Notes: generated from the sequence alone by a model not told the origin. A DNA stretch of 57,561 nucleotides from a virus (IMGVR_UViG_3300036859_000285:1-57561); one strand, 5' to 3'. Shown: positions 9,954-20,666, counted from the stretch's first letter. Made by a program: numbers and translations.

Positions 9954-10124
9954 ATGACCAAGATCTACGTCTCGCCGGACGGCCAGTCGTCCATGCCCGT
10001 CGACTCGCCGATCGTCGAGGCCCGCATGAAAGCGCGCGGCTGGACCGAGAAACCCCAGACCACGACCAAGACCACCGCGCCGGCGCCCAAGCCGGTACCC
10101 GAACCGAGAACCTCAACCGACTAG
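9954..10124 (+). CDS. Small 56-aa hypothetical protein (not in ORF track)
   Basis: GAGGA RBS; MTKIYVSPDGQSSMPVDSPIVEARMKARGWTEKPQ...; GC3-rich codons. Confidence 0.7.
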   Translation: MTKIYVSPDGQSSMPVDSPIVEARMKARGWTEKPQTTTKTTAPAPKPVPEPRTSTD

Positions 10125-10148
10125 CCCGCCCCGCAAGGCCCGCCCGAA

Positions 10149-10523
10149 ATGAGCATCACTGCAGTGAGCAACAGCAGATCCGGCAACCCCGCCAAACGCA
10201 ACCTTCCGAATCCGAAGCGCATGGTTTTCGATCTCGACACCCTCGAGCGTGAGAACGCTCCCGAGCCGTTCGTCGTCCGCGTCGCCGGCGAGGAGTTCGT
10301 TTTCGCAGACCCGATGACGATCGACTGGCAGCACGCGAACGGCATCGACATCAGCGACATCGGATCCAGCACGGCCGCCCTGCTCGGCGACGAGCAGTAC
10401 GCCCGGTTCTGCAAGCTGAGCCTGCCGCTCTGGAAGATCGTCGCCATGTCCAAGCAGATAGAGGCCCACTACGCCGGATGGCTGGGGGAGCCGGGGGAAG
10501 AGCCCGCCTCGTCTACCTCCTGA
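10149..10523 (+). CDS. Tail assembly chaperone (G)
   Basis: Between tail tube and tape measure; ends just after slippery site. Confidence 0.85.
   Translation: MSITAVSNSRSGNPAKRNLPNPKRMVFDLDTLERENAPEPFVVRVAGEEFVFADPMTIDWQHANGIDISDIGSSTAALLGDEQYARFCKLSLPLWKIVAMSKQIEAHYAGWLGEPGEEPASSTS
10493..10499 (+). other. -1 programmed ribosomal frameshift site G GGG GAA
   Basis: In-frame CCG GGG GAA; -1 frame open to 10942. Confidence 0.85.
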
Positions 10524-10942
10524 GCAGGTATGGCGAGGCCATCGAACGCGACCTGTTCGACCGCGGCTGGGACCTGGCCGACCTGTGGCGCCGGCGGCGG
10601 GTCCGCCTGCTGCTCAACGTCATCGACGGCCTCCCCGTCAACTCGGCCTACGTCGAGGCCATCGCCGACGACGACGAGGCCGCCGAGCAGGCGCCCAAGG
10701 GTGAGCCGGCCCCGCCGCGGCTGCGCGAATGGTCGCCCGAACGGTCACTTCTGACCGATATCAACGAGCGACTCGGCGAGCTCATCGCGGTGACCGCCGC
10801 CGCGGCCAGCGGCAAGCCCGTACGGCCGCCGCCGGCCTACCCGCGGCCCATCACCGCGGCAGAGCGGATCGCACGGCGCCGGCGACGCGAGCAGCACGAG
10901 CGCCTCGTACAGCAGCTCTTGCCCGGCAAAACCCAGACATGA
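10499..10942 (+). CDS. Tail assembly chaperone frameshift extension (GT)
   Basis: -1 frame: YGEAIERDL...LLNVIDGLP...EWSPE. Confidence 0.85.
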   Translation, partial: RARLVYLLSRYGEAIERDLFDRGWDLADLWRRRRVRLLLNVIDGLPVNSAYVEAIADDDEAAEQAPKGEPAPPRLREWSPERSLLTDINERLGELIAVTAAAASGKPVRPPPAYPRPITAAERIARRRRREQHERLVQQLLPGKTQT

Positions 10943-10968
10943 CCGATTGACGTGACGGGGGTGGATGC

Positions 10969-13758
10969 GTGGCGTTCGAGGCTGGGGCTGCATTCGTCCA
11001 GGTCGTGCCGAGCTTCCGGGGATTTCACGCCAGGGTCGCCCGCGAGCTCAACGTCACGTTGGTCCCCGCGGCCGAGCGCGCCGGCGACGAGGCCGGCGTC
11101 AAGGGCGGCCGTAAGTTCGGCGCACGGTTCCGTGACGCTGCGCTCTCCCCGCTGAAGGGGTTCGGCGGGGCGATCGCGGCCGCGTTCGCCGGCGCCCAGG
11201 TCGTCAAGTTCTTCTCCGATAGCGTCGGCGCCGCATCCGACCTCAACGAGAGCCTGTCCAAGTCGCAGGTCGTTTTCGGCCAAAGCGCCGGCGCCGTCGA
11301 GAAGTTCGCCGACACCGCGGCGACCGCTCTCGGGCAGTCCAAGCAGCAAGCCCTCGAGGCGGCCGGCACGTTCGGCAACCTGTTCGTGTCCATGAAGATC
11401 GGGGCGGCGCCCGCCTCGGAGATGTCGACCAAGCTCATCGGCTTGGCCGGCGACCTGGCCTCGTTCAACAACGTCGACCCCGCCGAGGCATTGGACGCCT
11501 TGCGTTCGGGGCTGGTCGGCGAGACCGAGCCGCTACGGCGGTTCGGCGTCAACCTGTCTGCCGCGGCGATCGAGGCCGAGGCGCTGCGCACGGGCCTGGT
11601 CAAGGGCGCCGTCGACATGACCAAGGTCACGTCCGCTCGGGCCGCGCTGGCGGCCGCACAGGAGCGCCTGAACAAGGTCAGCAAGGACAGCAACGCGACC
11701 GACGTTCAACGGCAGCAGGCGACGGCCGCGGTCGCCCGGGCCGAGGACGGGCTCAAGAAGAGCATGGGCGGCAAGGTGCCCGTGCTCACCGCCGCGCAGA
11801 AGGCCCAGGCCGCCTACAGCCTGATCATGGATCAGACGGCGACCGCCCAGGGCGATTTCTCGCGCACGTCGGGCGGGCTGGCCAACCAGCAAAGAATCTT
11901 GACCGCCGAGTTCAGTGACGCAAAAGCGCAGATCGGTAGCGCGTTGCTCCCGGTCGCGCTCAAGCTGACGACCTGGCTGACCGGCTCGTTCGTGCCCGGT
12001 CTCAAGGACTCGATCAAGTGGATGGGCGACAACGCCGGCGCGCTCAAGGCGATCGCCGTCGCGGTCGGCATCGGCCTGGCAGCCTGGGCCGCCTACAGCG
12101 TGACCGTCAAGACCGCCCGGGCGATCACGGCCGGTATCGGCACCGCCAAGTCGATCGTGTCGGGCGTGGCCGGCAGCTGGGAGACTCTGCGGCTGCGCGC
12201 CATGTATGCAGGCGACGCGGTCAAGGGCGCCGGATCGAAGATCACGTCTGCGGCGTCGGCCAGCAAGAACGCGGCCGGCTCGCTGCTCAACCTCGGCAAA
12301 ACGGCTTTCATCACCGCCGGCCGGTTCATCGGCCTGGCGGTCGCTCAAGCTCGATCCGCCGCGGCGTCCGCGCTTGCCGCCGGCAAGACGATCCTGCTGT
12401 CGGCGGCACAGAAGATCGCCGCCGTGACCATGGCAGCGCTCAACCTGGTCATGTCGCTCAACCCGCTCGGCCTTGTCGTCCTGGCGATTGCCGCCGTCAT
12501 CGCCGTCGTGATCGTCATGTACAACAAGTTCAAGTGGTTCCGCGACTTCATCAATGTCGTGTGGACCGGGATCAAGGCGGCATTCGCCAACGGCGTGAAG
12601 ATCGTCGTCAACGTGTTCCTCGGCCTGGTCTCGGCGATCATTCACGGGGCTGCGAACGCATTCGGCTGGATCCCCGGCATCGGCGGCAAACTCAAGACCG
12701 CGGCCGCCGCGTTCGACGCGTTCAAGGACAAGGTCAACCGGTCGCTCGACGGCATCAACGACGAGGGCGTCAACGTCAGCGTCCGCGTGCCGTTCGCGCC
12801 CGGCAAGGATCCCGGCAACAAACCTTTTTGGCAGATCGTCCCCAAGGCCGAGGGCGGGATCGAGAACCACGTCGCGCAGATCGCGCGAGGCGGCGCGATG
12901 CGGCTATGGGCTGAGCCCGAGACCGGCGGCGAAGCATACATTCCTCTCGCGGCCGGCAAGCGCGGCCGCTCTACCTCAATCCTCGCCGACGTCGCCGGCC
13001 GCTTCGGATACGGTCTGATGCCGTTCGCCAATGGCGGACTGTCCATGACCGGGCATTTCCCGAACGTCGCCAAGATCGCCTCATTTACCAAGGCGATCGC
13101 AAAGGCCGTCGCTCAGGCGGCCCTGGATCGGGCGATCGCACAGGGCGGGCTGTTCGGGATCCTCGGCCGCGCCGGCGCCCTCGGGCAGGCCGCGCTCGCC
13201 CTCGCCCGCCAGTTCCTCGGCGTCCCCTACCTATGGGGCGGCACAACCGCGAGCGGCTTCGACTGCTCGGGCCTGGTCCAGTTCGTGTACCGGCACCTGG
13301 GCATCACGAACATCCCGCGGACGTCCGAAGCACAACAGGCCTGGGCAAAGAACATTCCCGGGGCCATGGCCGCCGTGGGAGACCTGCTGTTCTTCGGCCG
13401 GCCCGCCCATCACGTCGGCCTGTTCGCCGGCGGCAACACCATGCTCGATGCGCCGCATACCGGCGCCAACGTCCGCTACGACTCCCTGTCCGGCCGCTCG
13501 ATCACCTCGGTCGGCCGCGTCTACGACTCGGGCGGCTGGCTGCACCCCGGCATGAACCTGGCCTACAACGGCACCCGCCGGCCCGAGGCCGTCCTCACCG
13601 GCGACCAGTGGCAGGCGATGGTCGACGGGCGCTCAGGCGGCTCGGCCGGCGACACCTACATCAATGTGACCCCCAAGTACGCGCTCATGGATGAGCGGCG
13701 GCTCGCCGAGGTCCAGCGCGTGCAGGCGGTCAAGGCTCGGGTCGGAAGGCGGCGCTAG
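10969..13758 (+). CDS. Tape measure protein with C-terminal NlpC/P60 peptidoglycan peptidase
   Basis: Ala-rich helical 929 aa; GVPYLWGG...FDCSGL...HHVGLF; YDSGGWL...PEAVLT tail. Confidence 0.95.
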   Translation: MAFEAGAAFVQVVPSFRGFHARVARELNVTLVPAAERAGDEAGVKGGRKFGARFRDAALSPLKGFGGAIAAAFAGAQVVKFFSDSVGAASDLNESLSKSQVVFGQSAGAVEKFADTAATALGQSKQQALEAAGTFGNLFVSMKIGAAPASEMSTKLIGLAGDLASFNNVDPAEALDALRSGLVGETEPLRRFGVNLSAAAIEAEALRTGLVKGAVDMTKVTSARAALAAAQERLNKVSKDSNATDVQRQQATAAVARAEDGLKKSMGGKVPVLTAAQKAQAAYSLIMDQTATAQGDFSRTSGGLANQQRILTAEFSDAKAQIGSALLPVALKLTTWLTGSFVPGLKDSIKWMGDNAGALKAIAVAVGIGLAAWAAYSVTVKTARAITAGIGTAKSIVSGVAGSWETLRLRAMYAGDAVKGAGSKITSAASASKNAAGSLLNLGKTAFITAGRFIGLAVAQARSAAASALAAGKTILLSAAQKIAAVTMAALNLVMSLNPLGLVVLAIAAVIAVVIVMYNKFKWFRDFINVVWTGIKAAFANGVKIVVNVFLGLVSAIIHGAANAFGWIPGIGGKLKTAAAAFDAFKDKVNRSLDGINDEGVNVSVRVPFAPGKDPGNKPFWQIVPKAEGGIENHVAQIARGGAMRLWAEPETGGEAYIPLAAGKRGRSTSILADVAGRFGYGLMPFANGGLSMTGHFPNVAKIASFTKAIAKAVAQAALDRAIAQGGLFGILGRAGALGQAALALARQFLGVPYLWGGTTASGFDCSGLVQFVYRHLGITNIPRTSEAQQAWAKNIPGAMAAVGDLLFFGRPAHHVGLFAGGNTMLDAPHTGANVRYDSLSGRSITSVGRVYDSGGWLHPGMNLAYNGTRRPEAVLTGDQWQAMVDGRSGGSAGDTYINVTPKYALMDERRLAEVQRVQAVKARVGRRR

Positions 13759-14648
13759 TGGCCACCATGGACGCGCCGCTGCTCACCTGGACCGACGCGG
13801 ACGGCACCGCGTGGCCACTCATCGCCGACCTCGGCGTGATCGTCGAGTGGGGACTGTCCGGGTTCGGGTCGCCGGCACGGCAGATCGCAACGACGCCGCT
13901 CCCGGGCGGCGGCTCGCTGCCCAAGAGCGCCTACGTGCCCGAGGGGCACCTCGTGTTGCCGCTGTACGTGTACGGCAGCGATGAGACCGCGTTCCGCACG
14001 CTCATTCGCAGCCTGCGCGGCGCGTTCGACCCGATCCGCGGCGACGACCTGACCCCCGGCAGCCTCGAGGCAGCCTGGGCGGACGGGCAGCGCCGCATGA
14101 TCGAGGCAATGGTCACCGACATCCCCGAAGAGCTCGATCAGGGCAAATCGAATCTCGATCACATTCACGTTGTGCTCGAGATGACCTGTCCCGACGCGTA
14201 TTGGCGGGACGCGGTCGCGCAGACGGCCGGCCCCTGGGTCCTGGGCACTACCCGCGACTGGCTCGCGCCATACATGACCGTCAGCTCGGGCCTGGTCCTC
14301 GGATCGGGGCAGGTCATCACCAACGACGGCGACGTCGAGGCGTGGCCGATATGGACGATCCTCGGACCGGCGACCAACGTCGTCCTAACCAACACGACGA
14401 CCGGCAAATCGTTCTCGATCCCGTCCGGGGTCGGGTCGGGGGAGACCCTCACCGTGAACACGAAACCGGGCGACCTCGCTGTCACGAGCGATTCCTCGTC
14501 AGGGTCGCAGCTCGGCCGGCTCGGCTGGCCAGGCGCCCAGTTGTGGCCGCTGGTCAAGGGCGACAACAACGTGACGCTGCAGCTCGACGGGGCGACCTCG
14601 GCCACCCGCGTCAACCTGTCCTACTACCGGCGGTACCGGGGCATCTGA
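13758..14648 (+). CDS. Distal tail (Dit) protein
   Basis: Follows tape measure; CPDAYW, NDGDVEAWPIWTILGP, LWPLVKGDN. Confidence 0.85.
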   Translation: MATMDAPLLTWTDADGTAWPLIADLGVIVEWGLSGFGSPARQIATTPLPGGGSLPKSAYVPEGHLVLPLYVYGSDETAFRTLIRSLRGAFDPIRGDDLTPGSLEAAWADGQRRMIEAMVTDIPEELDQGKSNLDHIHVVLEMTCPDAYWRDAVAQTAGPWVLGTTRDWLAPYMTVSSGLVLGSGQVITNDGDVEAWPIWTILGPATNVVLTNTTTGKSFSIPSGVGSGETLTVNTKPGDLAVTSDSSSGSQLGRLGWPGAQLWPLVKGDNNVTLQLDGATSATRVNLSYYRRYRGI

Positions 14649-15811
14649 TGACCGTTACCGTCCTGGTCCGCGATCAGAACCGCATCATCCGCGACGCGCT
14701 GGACGTCTGGACGAAAGTCTCAGCGCCGCGGCGGTTCAACGAGATCGCCAACGGCTCGCTAACCTTCCCCGGGCATGTCGACCTGCGCGCCCTGTTCGAC
14801 CCCGGCTGGGGCGTCGTCGTGGTCCGCGACGGCAAGGTGTGGAAGTCCGGCTCGATCGTCGAGGACGGCCCGTACACCTGGTCGGCCGAGCCCGACGACG
14901 CCGACGCCGGCCCCGGCACACAGACGATCACCTTCGATGATGACCTCGCGCGGATCGCGCACCGCATCACCTACCCGATCCCCAACCAGCCCGCGTCGCT
15001 GCAGCAAGACCAGGCGTATTGGCGGCGCACGAACGCCAATGCTGAGGAGACGATCCGGGAGATCATCGACCTCAACGCGGGCCCGAACGCCCGGGCCGAA
15101 CGCCGGCAGCAGGGCCTGGTGTTCGGGCCGATCGCCGGCGTCGGCGGGCTGGCCACGATCAACAGCAGGTTTCAGCCGCTGCTCGACGAGGTGCGCGCGA
15201 TCGCCAGCGCCGGCGGCGGGCTCGGCGTCGAGGCGATCCAGGTCGGCAACCAGATCCAGGTGACCGTGTTCTCGCCACAGGACAGGTCCGCCGACGCCCG
15301 TTTCTCCCGTGACCTGGGGAACCTGCGGCGGCTCGGGTTCAACCGGATCGCGCCCAAGGCCACGACGTGCATTGTCGGCGGCGGCGGCACAGGCACCGAG
15401 CGCTACATCATCGAACGAACCGACAGCGACGCCGAGACCGAATGGGCCGAACGGATCGAGCTCTTCCTCGATCGGCGCGACGCCGGCAGCGAGGACCTCA
15501 CCCTCGCCCAGGCCGGCGACGAGGTGCTCACCGAGAACGCCCGCACGGTCGCCCTCGAGGTCGCGTTGATCGACACAACGAACCTGATGTACGGCCGCGA
15601 CTATGGCCTCGGCGACACGATCTCGATCGACCTCGGGCAGGGCCTGGCCGTCACCGACCTGATCCGCGAGGTACAGCTCGAGGCGACCCCGCAAGACGAG
15701 TCGGTCATCGCGATCGTCGGATCGACCGACACGTCAGGCTCGTCAGATCCGCTGTGGCTACGACCTATCGCCGAGCTCGATCGGCGGCTATCCAGGCAGG
15801 AGACCGTCTAA
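14648..15811 (+). CDS. Baseplate hub / Gp37-like minor tail protein
   Basis: RRFNEIANGSL, VGGGGTG, RIELFLDRRD, YGRDYGLGD. Confidence 0.85.
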   Translation: MTVTVLVRDQNRIIRDALDVWTKVSAPRRFNEIANGSLTFPGHVDLRALFDPGWGVVVVRDGKVWKSGSIVEDGPYTWSAEPDDADAGPGTQTITFDDDLARIAHRITYPIPNQPASLQQDQAYWRRTNANAEETIREIIDLNAGPNARAERRQQGLVFGPIAGVGGLATINSRFQPLLDEVRAIASAGGGLGVEAIQVGNQIQVTVFSPQDRSADARFSRDLGNLRRLGFNRIAPKATTCIVGGGGTGTERYIIERTDSDAETEWAERIELFLDRRDAGSEDLTLAQAGDEVLTENARTVALEVALIDTTNLMYGRDYGLGDTISIDLGQGLAVTDLIREVQLEATPQDESVIAIVGSTDTSGSSDPLWLRPIAELDRRLSRQETV

Positions 15812-16816
15812 GTGGCTCAGGACGCATATCCGTGGAGCAACCGAAGCTCGGGCGCGGTCACCGACACCGAACACGAGCGGCTCGCCCGCCGCTGGGCCTG
15901 CGACGGCATCATCGGCAACCCAGGCGACGCCGCCGAGGTGTACGCCGACAACGGCGGCATGCGCGTCTTCGTACGGTCGGGCACAGAGGCGATTATCCGC
16001 GGTCGCCGCTGGCTCGCCGGCGGATCCAACGTGCAACTCACGATCGCCGCGGCCAGCTCGCAACCGCGCCTCGACTACGTCGTACTGCGAACCAAGCTGT
16101 CGACCCTGTCGACGGTCCTCGCAGTCGTGCAGGGCACCGCCGCCGGCAGCCCAGTACCGCCGACCCTGCTCGACGACGGCGACACCTACGAAATGCCGCT
16201 GCGGCGCGTCCGCGTGCTCAACGGCGTCTCGGCGATCGCCGCCGACAAGATCGAGGGCTACCCGCCGTACTGGGCCTCGGGATCCGGCCCCTGCCATTCG
16301 ACTGATCGGCAGTTCACGGGCTTGCCCCCGGGCGCGATCAAGCGTGAGCACGACACCGGCAACTGGATCGGCTGGACGGGCTCGGCCGTCGTCACCCTGT
16401 ACGACGCTGCGGCAACCGGCGTCTGGCAGACCTACACCCCGGACTGGCACGGCACCACGACCAACCCCGCCCTCGGCAACGGCACGATCACCGGCCGCTA
16501 TATGGTCGATGGCAAGACCGTCCGCGTCGAGATCAACCTCGTGATGGGCTCGACAACCACCTACGGCAGCGGCGTCTGGTCCTGGTCCCTGCCTGTGACC
16601 GCCCGCGACATCGGCTCGGGCAGCTTCAACGCCTGCGGCTCGGCCATGTTCAACGACTCGAGCGCCGGCGACTACGAGAGCGGCCAGGCGTTCGTACACC
16701 GCTCCACGAACCGCATGCGCGCGATCGCCGCCGGCACCAGCGTTGACGCAACCCACCCATGGACGTGGGGCAACGGCGACGACCTCAACCTGTGCCTCAC
16801 CTACGAGTCGACCTGA
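15812..16816 (+). CDS. Minor tail / receptor-binding protein
   Basis: [10 protein letters not shown]-terminal domain; WQTYTP...GNGTITGRY...WSLP C-terminal domain. Confidence 0.8.
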   Translation: MAQDAYPWSNRSSGAVTDTEHERLARRWACDGIIGNPGDAAEVYADNGGMRVFVRSGTEAIIRGRRWLAGGSNVQLTIAAASSQPRLDYVVLRTKLSTLSTVLAVVQGTAAGSPVPPTLLDDGDTYEMPLRRVRVLNGVSAIAADKIEGYPPYWASGSGPCHSTDRQFTGLPPGAIKREHDTGNWIGWTGSAVVTLYDAAATGVWQTYTPDWHGTTTNPALGNGTITGRYMVDGKTVRVEINLVMGSTTTYGSGVWSWSLPVTARDIGSGSFNACGSAMFNDSSAGDYESGQAFVHRSTNRMRAIAAGTSVDATHPWTWGNGDDLNLCLTYEST

Positions 16817-16947
16817 TGCGCCCCAACGTGCGCATAGTCCGCGCCTTCCTGGCGATGCTGCTATTCCTCGCCGTCGCCTACCCGTGCCAGGCCGTACGCC
16901 TGCACGGCTCGAGCAGCACGCCGAGCGGCGGGCACGGGGGCCGCTGA
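16816..16947 (+). CDS. Possible 43-aa signal-peptide-like protein
   Basis: TGATG coupling; [26 protein letters not shown]. Confidence 0.4.
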   Translation: MRPNVRIVRAFLAMLLFLAVAYPCQAVRLHGSSSTPSGGHGGR

Positions 16948-16950
16948 CCT

Positions 16951-17268
16951 GTGCCCGACGAGCCAACCCCCTGGGAGCTGCAACGGACCCTGCAGGACAT
17001 GCGGCAGGACATGCGCGACGGTTTCAGCGGCTTGAACGCCCGATTCGATCGTGTCGTCTCGGCCGAGCTGTTCGCCGCGTACCAGCAGGCCGTCAACGCG
17101 CGTTTCGAAGAGCAGAGCAAACGCGTGACCGCGATCGAAGAGCAGCGGACCGCCGAGAAAACCCAGCGCGCCGGCGACCGCCGGCTCGTTCTGATGGGCC
17201 TTTTCACCGCCATCCTGTCGCCCGTCCTGCTGCTGTTCCTGCAGCTCTACCTCACCACGAGGTCCTGA
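16951..17268 (+). CDS. Coiled-coil membrane protein (lysis-accessory type)
   Basis: Coiled coil plus C-terminal [25 protein letters not shown]. Confidence 0.75.
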   Translation: MPDEPTPWELQRTLQDMRQDMRDGFSGLNARFDRVVSAELFAAYQQAVNARFEEQSKRVTAIEEQRTAEKTQRAGDRRLVLMGLFTAILSPVLLLFLQLYLTTRS

Positions 17269-17828
17269 TGGCACGACCGACCGGACGAACACGCCGCTAC
17301 CTCGCCCCCCTGGCCGGCGCCTTCCTCGTCGCTGTCGTCCTGGGCCTGTTCGCATGGCAGATCGCCGGCCTCACCGACCGGCTACGCCAGGCCGAGGCCG
17401 ACCGTGAGACCCTCGCCGCCCAGGTGCGAGGTCTGGGCGGAGTCCCCACTTATGCGCCGGCGCCCGGGCCGCCAGGCGCTCCAGGTGCGGCTGGCGTTCA
17501 GGGCCCGCCCGGGCCTCGAGGACCGTCCGGACCGCCAGGACCGACCGGGCCCAAGGGTGGCAAAGGGTCCGCGGGCAAACCCGGCATGGCAGGGCCGTCA
17601 GGGCCCGCGGGTGACGGCGGCCCCGCCGGCGCGAACGGCGCGGCCGGCGAGCAGGGGCCTGCAGGAGAGCAAGGCCCGCGCGGCGAGCAGGGAGCGCCCG
17701 GGCCGCAAGGCGAGCAGGGCCCGAAGGGAGACCCGCCCGCCCAGTTCACATTCGAGTTCTTGGGCGTGACGTACGTGTGTACGCCCGAGAGCAGCGGATC
17801 CGACAGCTACACCTGCCGCCCGACGTAG
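17268..17828 (+). CDS. Membrane-anchored collagen-like protein
   Basis: N-terminal TM, long G-X-Y run, C-terminal YVC...YTC. Confidence 0.85.
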   Translation: MARPTGRTRRYLAPLAGAFLVAVVLGLFAWQIAGLTDRLRQAEADRETLAAQVRGLGGVPTYAPAPGPPGAPGAAGVQGPPGPRGPSGPPGPTGPKGGKGSAGKPGMAGPSGPAGDGGPAGANGAAGEQGPAGEQGPRGEQGAPGPQGEQGPKGDPPAQFTFEFLGVTYVCTPESSGSDSYTCRPT

Positions 17829-17884
17829 CGAACAGGTCAACACGAGGGCATCGTCCGTCCCTCAGATCAGGGCCCAAACTAGAA

Positions 17885-17921
17885 GTCGCCTCACCCCGTC
17901 CGGGGGTGAGGCGGCTCTTTT
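17885..17921 (+). terminator. Intrinsic terminator ending the late operon
   Basis: GTCGCCTCACCCC...GGGGTGAGGCGGC followed by TCTTTT. Confidence 0.85.
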
Positions 17922-17942
17922 CGCATGTCAGGGGGCCACGGG

Positions 17943-18152
17943 CTATTGCATGGTCCGCGCCGAGACCTCGAGGTCGTGCATCATCCTGGCGAGCTCGTTG
18001 GCACGCTCTTGATGCCACTTGACCAGCTTGGCGAGCAGCTCGGCATGCGAGTCTGCCGTCATGATCAGAGGGCTTCGCCCGTCCTTCAACTGGACATGGA
18101 CGGCCACCGTCCCCTCGCCAGTGATGATCCAGTCGTCGTTGCTGCCGCTCAT
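17943..18152 (-). CDS. Hypothetical protein
   Basis: 69-aa ORF converging on the terminator. Confidence 0.6.
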   Translation of the reverse strand: MSGSNDDWIITGEGTVAVHVQLKDGRSPLIMTADSHAELLAKLVKWHQERANELARMMHDLEVSARTMQ

Positions 18153-18297
18153 GACGCCAACTATCCGCTTGCGCGCCTTTGGGCGCTACCCCGTACGAAC
18201 CTTTCGCCTGGGCTGGAATTATGTGGTTATTGTCGGCGTGTCGCCCTACCCTATAAGGGAGCACTTACGAGTGTTGCCTTACGGGAGGAGGGGCACC

Positions 18298-18537
18298 GTG
18301 AACGCCAACCCCTGTCCTTGGCCCGACTGCACCTGCCCGCACGTCGGCTGCCTCGCGGGCTGGGTCGACAACACCGACTCAACCGCCGCCGTACCCTGCC
18401 CCGGCTGCAGGCCCGAGGTCGCCGAGCATCTACGGCGCGGCCGCTACTTCATGTCCAACGCCCGCGCCTCGCTGCGGCGCCTCGAGCGCCCCTCGAAAGA
18501 GCACGCGGCGGCGACCCGTCCCAGGCGTCGAAAGTAG
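18298..18537 (+). CDS. Small Cys-rich (Zn-binding) protein
   Basis: GGAGGAGG RBS; CPWPDCTCPHVGC...CPGC. Confidence 0.65.
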   Translation: MNANPCPWPDCTCPHVGCLAGWVDNTDSTAAVPCPGCRPEVAEHLRRGRYFMSNARASLRRLERPSKEHAAATRPRRRK

Positions 18538-18545
18538 CGGCGAGC

Positions 18546-18597
18546 TGTAGCGGAACTATTGCAGCGACGCACTCATAGGTGTAGCGTTCCTCTTGCA
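18546..18597 (+). promoter_or_regulatory. Promoter with paired TGTAG-N8-TTGCA boxes (copy A)
   Basis: TTGCAG-17-TAGCGT; boxes 18546-63 and 18580-97. Confidence 0.75.
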
Positions 18598-18627
18598 CCC
18601 CCAAGGGCAAGCGAGAGGACGATCAGA

Positions 18628-19005
18628 ATGACCAAGAACGAAGAGCGCGAGATGCTACACAGGGCATTGAACGAGTCGCTCACCCTGATCGAGATGCAGG
18701 GCTGGAACGTCACCTCCGTGCATCAGTTCCCGCTGCAGTTCCGTGCCGCGATGGGCTGCGAGCCCGGCTACAGGGAGATGTACGACGCGGCGCATGCGGA
18801 CCCCCCGACGCTCGCTCGCCGGTACACCGCGCTGCAGGTCATCGCCAAATGCGTCGGCAAGCTGGGCTACAACGAGTCCGTTACGTTCGCCCTGCGCGAC
18901 CCCTACGGCAACGCCGGCGAGCTCCGACTCTGGTACCTCGAGGCCGCAAACCCCGATGTCCTGCACTGGCACATTGACGAGATGCTGGCAAAGTCCCTGG
19001 CCTAG
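18628..19005 (+). CDS. Hypothetical protein
   Basis: GAGAGG RBS; follows promoter A. Confidence 0.7.
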   Translation: MTKNEEREMLHRALNESLTLIEMQGWNVTSVHQFPLQFRAAMGCEPGYREMYDAAHADPPTLARRYTALQVIAKCVGKLGYNESVTFALRDPYGNAGELRLWYLEAANPDVLHWHIDEMLAKSLA

Positions 19006-19046
19006 CCCCTGGACCAACCCACTGCTGACCGAACGGAGCCACGATC

Positions 19047-19517
19047 TTGAGCCGAGCAACCACATTCGCCGCCGTCCTCGCCGCGCTGTACGCCGCGCAC
19101 GAGATCGGCGACCAGTGGGTACAGACCCGCGCTCAAGCGTGCGCCAAGGGCGGCCGAGGACCCAACCAGCGAGCTGGGCAGGCCGCCTGCGCTCGCCACG
19201 TCGCGGGCATGACCGCGACCAAGGCCGTCATTCTGGCCATCACGGCGAAAACGACAGGGGTACGGTTGTCGCCTCGCCGGACCGCTCTCGCCCTCGCCGT
19301 CGACGCCGCCTCGCATTACTGGGCCGACCGCCGCTATCCCCTCGAGGGCCTCGCCCGCGTGCTCGGCAAGCAGGAGTACTACCGGCTCGGTCAGCCCCGC
19401 GCCGGCCGCAACGACAACCCCACCATTGGCACCGGCGCCTACGCCCTCGACCAGGCCTGGCATACCGCCTGGCTTTGGGTCACGGCGCTCATCATCAGTG
19501 AGGATGCCCCCCGATGA
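19047..19517 (+). CDS. DUF3307-like membrane protein
   Basis: AHEIGDQWVQT...SHYWAD...DQAWH. Confidence 0.75.
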   Translation: MSRATTFAAVLAALYAAHEIGDQWVQTRAQACAKGGRGPNQRAGQAACARHVAGMTATKAVILAITAKTTGVRLSPRRTALALAVDAASHYWADRRYPLEGLARVLGKQEYYRLGQPRAGRNDNPTIGTGAYALDQAWHTAWLWVTALIISEDAPR

Positions 19518-20083
19518 GCGACGCATTCTGGATCGACTACAAGTACGACCGTTCGAGCGACGGCAGGTCTCGGTACAGCAGCTACCTGCGCGACCGGCGC
19601 AAGCAGTTCGAAGAGATCGACAGCGACGACAAGACGGCCGCGTTCGCCGCGACCGCCTGGCGGATCGCCAACAGCCCGATCATGGCCCCCGGGTATGTCC
19701 GCCGCAGCGAGAGGATCCTGTCCGCCGAGCTCAACCGGTCATACGAGTACGAGGACGGCGCTCTTCTGGCCAATATCGAGATCGCCGTTGCGCTCCCGTC
19801 GTACCTGCGCTCCATCAGGCCGCCGGCCCAGGACGGAGCGGTCAGCCCCAGCTACTACGCCGACTGGCCGCACAACTACGCGGTGTACGAGGAAGACCCC
19901 GACCGCGGCCCCTACCTGCTGACAAAGGTCAAGGTTCTCACCAGGCTCCCGGCTCGGATCCTGCCCCTGCCCGGGTTCGGCGACGAGATCACCCTCGCCG
20001 AGGTACTCGCCGAGGCTCCCCATTTCGTCTCGGCCCTCGTCACCGTGCTCAACGGCATCGTCAACCCGATCCTGGCGGCGTGA
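19514..20083 (+). CDS. Hypothetical protein
   Basis: ATGA coupling; GC3-rich. Confidence 0.75.
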   Translation: MSDAFWIDYKYDRSSDGRSRYSSYLRDRRKQFEEIDSDDKTAAFAATAWRIANSPIMAPGYVRRSERILSAELNRSYEYEDGALLANIEIAVALPSYLRSIRPPAQDGAVSPSYYADWPHNYAVYEEDPDRGPYLLTKVKVLTRLPARILPLPGFGDEITLAEVLAEAPHFVSALVTVLNGIVNPILAA

Positions 20084-20084
20084 C

Positions 20085-20624
20085 ATGGCCGGCGACGTCA
20101 TCACGCGGTTCATCAGCGTCGGCGAGGCGATCGTCGAGCTGCACTCTGTCCGATTCACCACGCACTGGACCTACAGCGGACCGCCGTTTGCGGCCGACAA
20201 GCCGTACGTGATCGACGGCTTCAACTGGCGTTGCCTCGGCTGCGGCGAATACGGCCGCGAGGACGAGACCTACGACGACCCCGCATACCGGGAGGCGACC
20301 GAGGCGCGGACGGAAGCCCAGGCGCATGCCGCGGCATGCCGGGCGCTACCCGTACCCGAACCACAGCCCGAACCTCAGCCCGGATCTAAGCGGCTGCGCG
20401 CACGATGGCCGGCACGGCTCGGGTTCCTGATCCCGCAGCGTCTCCTGATCACCTACGGCCCGTACAAGGGCGTAGCGGGTTTGCCTGGCACGGACGCCTA
20501 CGGCATGGGCTGCGGCCGCTGCCTCGCCGGCGAGTACATGCCTTCCGAAAAGCTCGCCAAGGCGGCAGCGCTGGACCACGCCTGCCAACACATCCTCATG
20601 TGGGTCCGCTACTCGCCGGGATAA
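20085..20624 (+). CDS. Hypothetical protein with two CxxC...H...C Zn-finger-like motifs
   Basis: WRCLGC...AQAHAAACRA; CGRC...DHACQH. Confidence 0.7.
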   Translation: MAGDVITRFISVGEAIVELHSVRFTTHWTYSGPPFAADKPYVIDGFNWRCLGCGEYGREDETYDDPAYREATEARTEAQAHAAACRALPVPEPQPEPQPGSKRLRARWPARLGFLIPQRLLITYGPYKGVAGLPGTDAYGMGCGRCLAGEYMPSEKLAKAAALDHACQHILMWVRYSPG

Positions 20625-20666
20625 TTCGACCACCCTGGGCACAATAGGAAAGGAGCCGTCCAAAAC

